A stretch of DNA of 64,000 nucleotides from a virus, in the IMG/VR virus record IMGVR_UViG_3300020048_000015, positions 96,001 to 160,000 of that record. One strand, written 5' to 3'. The notes beneath the pieces are model-generated. The model ran no database searches. It had not been told where the DNA came from and saw only the letters and a list, made by a program, of their open reading frames with translations. Of the stretch, positions 59,283 to 64,000 are shown piece by piece. How positions within the stretch are numbered: position 1 is the first letter of the stretch; each line of letters starts with the position of its first letter. A program made the translations under genes and the position numbers.

Positions 59283-59633
59283 ATGAATAAAATATTATTA
59301 GCAATTTTCGTTATTTTTGTAAATTTTATAAATGCACAAACACCATTTGTATCTGAATATACTATTTTTGAAAAAAAAGGTGTTTCATCCATATACATTG
59401 ATGAAAGTGTAGATTTTAAATTATATGAATTTTCTATTGTATGTGATACTATTAAAGTTGATTTATCATTTGTTAGATCAACAGAAAATATTAATAAATC
59501 AGCAGTATATGTTTTTTCAAATATTTATGGTTCTAATTATATCATATATTATTATGATAGAGATATAACCAAAATAGTATATGAAAGTTATCAATATAGG
59601 ATTACCTATTGTAAAAAAATATATCGACTTTAA
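59283..59633 (+). CDS. Secreted hypothetical protein
   Basis: MNKILLAIFVIFVNFINAQ signal-peptide-like N-terminus; class A promoter at 59250-59278. Confidence 0.65.
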   Translation: MNKILLAIFVIFVNFINAQTPFVSEYTIFEKKGVSSIYIDESVDFKLYEFSIVCDTIKVDLSFVRSTENINKSAVYVFSNIYGSNYIIYYYDRDITKIVYESYQYRITYCKKIYRL

Positions 59634-59677
59634 ACTTATAAATATATTTAACTAAAATACAAAAACACTAAATAAAA

Positions 59678-60346
59678 ATGGCTAAAAATGATTTTATGAA
59701 TTATGCTGTTAAGCATAGAAATTTAAATAGTACACTTTTAGATTCATATTCTAAAAAAACACAAAATATAACCCAACATATTTTAGATGATGCAAGTGAA
59801 GGTATAATGATTGATATATTTTCTAAATTAATTGACAGCAGAATTATATTTTTATGCACAGAAATGAGTTCAGATATATGTAATATAATAAAAGCACAAC
59901 TTTTATACTTAGATCAACTTGATAGTAAATCTGATATAAAAATTTATATTGATTCACCAGGAGGTTCAGTTTATAGTGGATTAGGATTGCTTGACACAAT
60001 GGACTATATAAGACCTGATATTATGACAATTAATACTGGATTAGCAGCATCTATGGCAGCCGTTTTATTGTGTTCAGGAACTAAAGGAAAAAGAAAATCT
60101 TTAAAAAGAAGTAGGACAATGATCCATCAGCCACTTGGGTTCGGTGGTTATGTTCAACAAGCATCTGATATGGAAATAGAAGCTAAGGAAATAAATTCAT
60201 TGAAAAAAGAATTATATGAAATTATATCAGATGCAACTGGGCAAAGTTATGAAAAAGTCCATAGTGATTCTGACAGAGATTATTGGATGAATGCAGAAGA
60301 AACATTAAAATATGGAATGATTGACGAAATAATTAAAAAGAAATAA
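59678..60346 (+). CDS. clpP: ATP-dependent Clp protease proteolytic subunit
   Basis: IDIFSKLIDSRIIFL, YIDSPGG, GLAASMA (Ser), MIHQP (His) and DRDYWM (Asp). Confidence 0.95.
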   Translation: MAKNDFMNYAVKHRNLNSTLLDSYSKKTQNITQHILDDASEGIMIDIFSKLIDSRIIFLCTEMSSDICNIIKAQLLYLDQLDSKSDIKIYIDSPGGSVYSGLGLLDTMDYIRPDIMTINTGLAASMAAVLLCSGTKGKRKSLKRSRTMIHQPLGFGGYVQQASDMEIEAKEINSLKKELYEIISDATGQSYEKVHSDSDRDYWMNAEETLKYGMIDEIIKKK

Positions 60347-60347
60347 A

Positions 60348-60425
60348 ATGGAAAAATTACAAAAATATAATTGGGTTATAATAACAATTTGGATAATTAT
60401 ATGTTGTCTTATAACTAAAATATAA
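60348..60425 (+). CDS. 25-aa single-TM micropeptide (not in ORF track)
   Basis: MEKLQKYNWVIITIWIIICCLITKI*; starts 1 nt after the clpP stop and ends at the terminator. Confidence 0.45.
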   Translation: MEKLQKYNWVIITIWIIICCLITKI

Positions 60426-60459
60426 AAAAAGCCATCTGATAATTCAGATGGCTTTTTTT
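60425..60459. terminator. Bidirectional terminator
   Basis: aaaaaagccatctga / tcagatggctttttt. Confidence 0.8.
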
Positions 60460-60826
60460 ATTTCTTATCAGATGGCTTTTTTGTTTTTTTCTTAGGATTA
60501 TTTTCAACTAATTTTTTAACCTTATCTGATTCTACAACTGGTATTTCAATTTTTTTAGCCTTTTTAGCCTTTTTAGGTGCTTTTTCAACTTTCTTTTGTT
60601 CAACTACTGGTTCAACTGCTTCAACTATTGGTTCAACAATAGGTTCAAATTTCATAGGCTTACCATAAAAAACTTCTAGTTTTGGTTCTTCTTTAAACTC
60701 AATGATTTCAAGAGTCTCTGAATAAACTTTATTCGTTTGTTCTTTAGAAACATCTTTATTTGATTTTGTAGATGGTTTAGATTCAATTCCAAATAATAAT
60801 TTTTTTATCCATTTAAAAAATTTCAT
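60458..60826 (-). CDS. Lys/Glu/Pro-rich low-complexity protein
   Basis: Amphipathic N-terminus MKFFKWIKKLLFG; TAATATATA at 60846-60854. Confidence 0.6.
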   Translation of the reverse strand: MKFFKWIKKLLFGIESKPSTKSNKDVSKEQTNKVYSETLEIIEFKEEPKLEVFYGKPMKFEPIVEPIVEAVEPVVEQKKVEKAPKKAKKAKKIEIPVVESDKVKKLVENNPKKKTKKPSDKK

Positions 60827-60922
60827 AGTATAATTTATTTTAATATATATATTAAAATAAAATCACCTATTTTAGAAAGTTTAGAACATTTTTTAAATTT
60901 TTTATATAATAATGGAACTAAT

Positions 60923-62560
60923 ATGAATTTTAGATATGAACCAAAAGAAGAAAAACTAGTTGTAACCAAATCAACCAGAATAGAATATAATCAATTGAAA
61001 ATTTGGTTAGAACGACATGTTAAAGGCTATCGTTATATGCCAGCATTCAAAATGGGTGTTTGGTCAGGAAAAGAATCACATTTTGATAATGGGAAAATAA
61101 ATATGGGATTATGGAAAGAATGTATGAAAGCTTGTAATGAAGTAGAAACATCCTTTATAATTGATAATAAAGAAGATTTTCCCATAAATAAAAACATTAC
61201 CTTAGAATCAGTTAATGAATTTTGTGAAATCTTTTTCAAAGACCATAAAGTAAAAGATAAAAGTACAGGAAATTGGATTGCTTTCTATCCTTATGATTAT
61301 CAAATAGAAACCGCATTCAAAATAATGAAGAACCGATATTGTATGGCTGAAGTAGCTACTTCAGGCGGTAAATCATTAATAATATCTATTATCGTATTTT
61401 ATACATTAAGACACATAAACCCAAATGCTAAATTTCTAATAATAGTACCATCTATTACACTTGTTACACAATTTTCTGATAATATTGTTGAATTTAATTA
61501 TGGTGTTAACTTCTTAGAAAAATATGCTGGTAAAATTGATTTAAGAAATAATGTCATTGATGATGTCTTAATTGATCACCCAACATACAACCCATGTGAT
61601 ATTAAGATTGATGAAATAATGTCAGAAAAGCCAAGATTGTTCAAAGGTATTGGTGAACCAAATATCTATATCGGAACATACCAATCATTAGAAAAATGGC
61701 CAAAAGAGTTCTTTACACAATTCCATACTGTTGCAGTAGATGAAGCACATGGTGCAAAATCAACAACACTAAAAGCCATTATGAAAAGAACATTTGGATC
61801 TGCTTATAATAGGTTTGGTGTAAGTGGTACATTTCCTTCTGATGACACTTTAGAGATATTAACCATACAATCTGTATTAGGTCCAAAAGTAACCAAGATA
61901 GAAGCTTCTACACTCGTTAAAGCTGGAACAATAACACCAATGGAAATTAAAGCTGTAATATTAAATCATGGTGCAAGTGATACAAGTGATATGATTCAAT
62001 ATTTAAAGAAAATGGGTGGTGGTGCTGATGCCTTTAGATTAGAAAAAGAATATATACAAAATTCCGAAAAAAGATTGGAATTTATAAAAAAATTAGTTGA
62101 AAAATGTAATGATAATACATTACTATTATTTCACACTATTGAATATGGGACTAAAATATTTGAAAAATTAAAAGCTGAATTACCAGATAAAGAATTTTTT
62201 TATATTGATGGTGGTGTTAATGGAAAAAATAGAGAATTAATTAAAACACAAATGGAAATTACCGATGGTAAAGTTAAAGTATTAATCGGTAGTTTTGGTT
62301 GTTTAAGCACTGGGGTATCCATAAATGCAATCTTCAATGTTATCTTTGCTGATTCATTTAAGTCGGAACAAATAATAATACAGAGTATTGGACGAGGGTT
62401 AAGACTTCATTTTGATAAAAAGAAGGCTGTAATATTTGATATTGTTGATGTTTTCGATCCAGTATATCCAACTAATATTTTATATAAACATTATAAAGAA
62501 AGACAAAAATTCTACAATGATAGAAAATATGTTTATAAAGAAATTAAATTAAATCTATGA
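60923..62560 (+). CDS. uvsW: UvsW-like SF2 DNA helicase
   Basis: PYDYQ, ATSGGKS, IIVPSITLV, VDEAH, VSGT, STGVSI and QSIGRGLR. Confidence 0.9.
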   Translation: MNFRYEPKEEKLVVTKSTRIEYNQLKIWLERHVKGYRYMPAFKMGVWSGKESHFDNGKINMGLWKECMKACNEVETSFIIDNKEDFPINKNITLESVNEFCEIFFKDHKVKDKSTGNWIAFYPYDYQIETAFKIMKNRYCMAEVATSGGKSLIISIIVFYTLRHINPNAKFLIIVPSITLVTQFSDNIVEFNYGVNFLEKYAGKIDLRNNVIDDVLIDHPTYNPCDIKIDEIMSEKPRLFKGIGEPNIYIGTYQSLEKWPKEFFTQFHTVAVDEAHGAKSTTLKAIMKRTFGSAYNRFGVSGTFPSDDTLEILTIQSVLGPKVTKIEASTLVKAGTITPMEIKAVILNHGASDTSDMIQYLKKMGGGADAFRLEKEYIQNSEKRLEFIKKLVEKCNDNTLLLFHTIEYGTKIFEKLKAELPDKEFFYIDGGVNGKNRELIKTQMEITDGKVKVLIGSFGCLSTGVSINAIFNVIFADSFKSEQIIIQSIGRGLRLHFDKKKAVIFDIVDVFDPVYPTNILYKHYKERQKFYNDRKYVYKEIKLNL

Positions 62561-64000
62561 TAATTAACGATAAAGTGAAAATAATTGGAAATTCAAGAAA
62601 TATTAAACATTTTAAAGAAAAAGGCTATGATATATCGGTTGGTGAAAATATAATGGTAAGCGTTTATGATTTAACAAATGGTTCTATTTTTGAAATAGAT
62701 GTCACTTGTGATATCTGTAATGCTGAAAAGAAAGTTAAATGGAGTAGTTATTATAAATATACAAATAATAATATAGATCCATATTATTGCATTAAATGTA
62801 ATATTGTTAAAAGAAAAGAAACTTGTCAAGAAAGATATGGTGGAAATAGCCCAACATGTTCTAAAGAAGTAGTTGAAAAGATTCAAAAGACTAATCAAGA
62901 AAAATATGGAAATAACTGTTCATTACATGGCAACAGACAAGAAATGACAGAATCTATTTTCATTGAAAAGTATGGCTTTAAAAGTGCAGCAAAAAATGAA
63001 GATGTTAAAGCTAAAATTAAAAATACCTTGATAGAAAGATATGGAATTGACACACCTTTGAAAAATGAAGAGTTCTTGGATAAATTAAAGAAAACTTCTT
63101 TAGAAAGATATGGTTTTGATAATCCATCTAAATCAGAAGAAGTTATTAATAATATTAGAGAAACCAATCTTGAAAGATATGGATCAGAATGGTATTATCA
63201 AACTGATGAATTTAAGGATAAATCAAAGAAGACTATTTTAGAAAGATATGGTGTTGAAAAATATAGTGAATCAATTAATTTTAAGAAAGCTGTAATAGAT
63301 AAGAGAATATTTAATTATCCCGACATAGAAATAATAGATTATGATAATAAAATATTTACTTTGAAATGTAATGAATGTAATGATTCCTTTTTAATATCAA
63401 CTGATGTTTTATATAGAAGACATAAAAACGACCATATAATTTGTACTAAATGTAATAAATTAAATAGTAATAATAGATCAAATGCAGAAATTCAAATATG
63501 TAAGTTCTTGGATGAATATAACATAAAATATGAAACATCAGTTAGAAATATAATAAAAGGAGAATTGGATATATTTATAGAATCAAAAAATATAGCAATT
63601 GAACACAATGGAAATTTCTGGCATAGTGAATATTTTAAAGATAAAAATTATCATATAAATAAGTATAAAAGGTGTTTTGAAAAAAACATACAACTTATAC
63701 AAATATGGGAAGATGAATGGATAAATAATCGTGAAAAAGTAAAGTCTATAATATTAAATAAATTAGGAATATTTGAAGAAAAGATATATGCTAGAAAATG
63801 TAAAATAAAACTTGTCGATTTTAAGGAAAAAGATATATTCTTAAATGATAATCATTTACAAGGAACATCAAAATCATCAACTAATATAGGATTATATTAT
63901 AATGATGAATTAATTAGTTTGATGACATTTGGAAAAAGAAAAATAAATGCAAAAGATACATTTGAATTAATAAGATTTTGTAATAAAAAGAATAATGTTG
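62557..64000 (+). CDS. Second homing-endonuclease-like paralog of 51759..53621 (runs off the window; not in ORF track)
   Basis: MIINDKVKII...CDICNAEK...CIKC, about 7 LERYG repeats, ELDIFIESKNIAIEHNGNFWHSE, KIYARKC; ATGA overlap with uvsW. Confidence 0.8.
   Translation, partial: MIINDKVKIIGNSRNIKHFKEKGYDISVGENIMVSVYDLTNGSIFEIDVTCDICNAEKKVKWSSYYKYTNNNIDPYYCIKCNIVKRKETCQERYGGNSPTCSKEVVEKIQKTNQEKYGNNCSLHGNRQEMTESIFIEKYGFKSAAKNEDVKAKIKNTLIERYGIDTPLKNEEFLDKLKKTSLERYGFDNPSKSEEVINNIRETNLERYGSEWYYQTDEFKDKSKKTILERYGVEKYSESINFKKAVIDKRIFNYPDIEIIDYDNKIFTLKCNECNDSFLISTDVLYRRHKNDHIICTKCNKLNSNNRSNAEIQICKFLDEYNIKYETSVRNIIKGELDIFIESKNIAIEHNGNFWHSEYFKDKNYHINKYKRCFEKNIQLIQIWEDEWINNREKVKSIILNKLGIFEEKIYARKCKIKLVDFKEKDIFLNDNHLQGTSKSSTNIGLYYNDELISLMTFGKRKINAKDTFELIRFCNKKNNV

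Overview
This window is 64 kb of a very AT-rich, standard-code, T4-superfamily jumbo/mega phage genome. Recognisable core genes are gp32-like SSB, gp3-like tail tube-fold protein, gp14-like neck protein, the C-terminal half of a split family-B DNA polymerase with a mini-intein, gp61-like primase and UvsW. Host-like genes are DHFR, HU, ClpC, ClpP, an M28/M20 peptidase, PCD/PhhB and a Pth2-like protein. A 20.6 kb single-strand block (8725-29307, 22 genes) encodes nucleotide-sugar, glycosyltransferase and methyltransferase functions, including a phosphoribulokinase-like fusion. The host is probably Bacteroidota (inference from TAnnTTTG promoter boxes, no Shine-Dalgarno signals, and family resemblances). 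Three features stand out. (1) A cluster of four adjacent ORFs (7585-8735), three of them too short for the ORF track, that each resemble a different piece of the T4 gp23 major capsid protein and share a basic helical tail motif. (2) A dispersed module of TAATATATA promoter plus MKY(L/I)KLFENF leader, resembling the T4 capsid-targeting sequence, on about 14 unrelated payload genes, together with several leader-only micro-ORFs and duplication scars that suggest payload shuffling. (3) Among those payloads, three LRR paralogs with constant caps and 3, 4 or 7 variable 21-aa modules. A second promoter class (AAAC-N17-TATAA) marks replication and housekeeping genes. No tRNA, rRNA or CRISPR array was seen. 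All homology calls are by-eye motif recognition; no searches were run.
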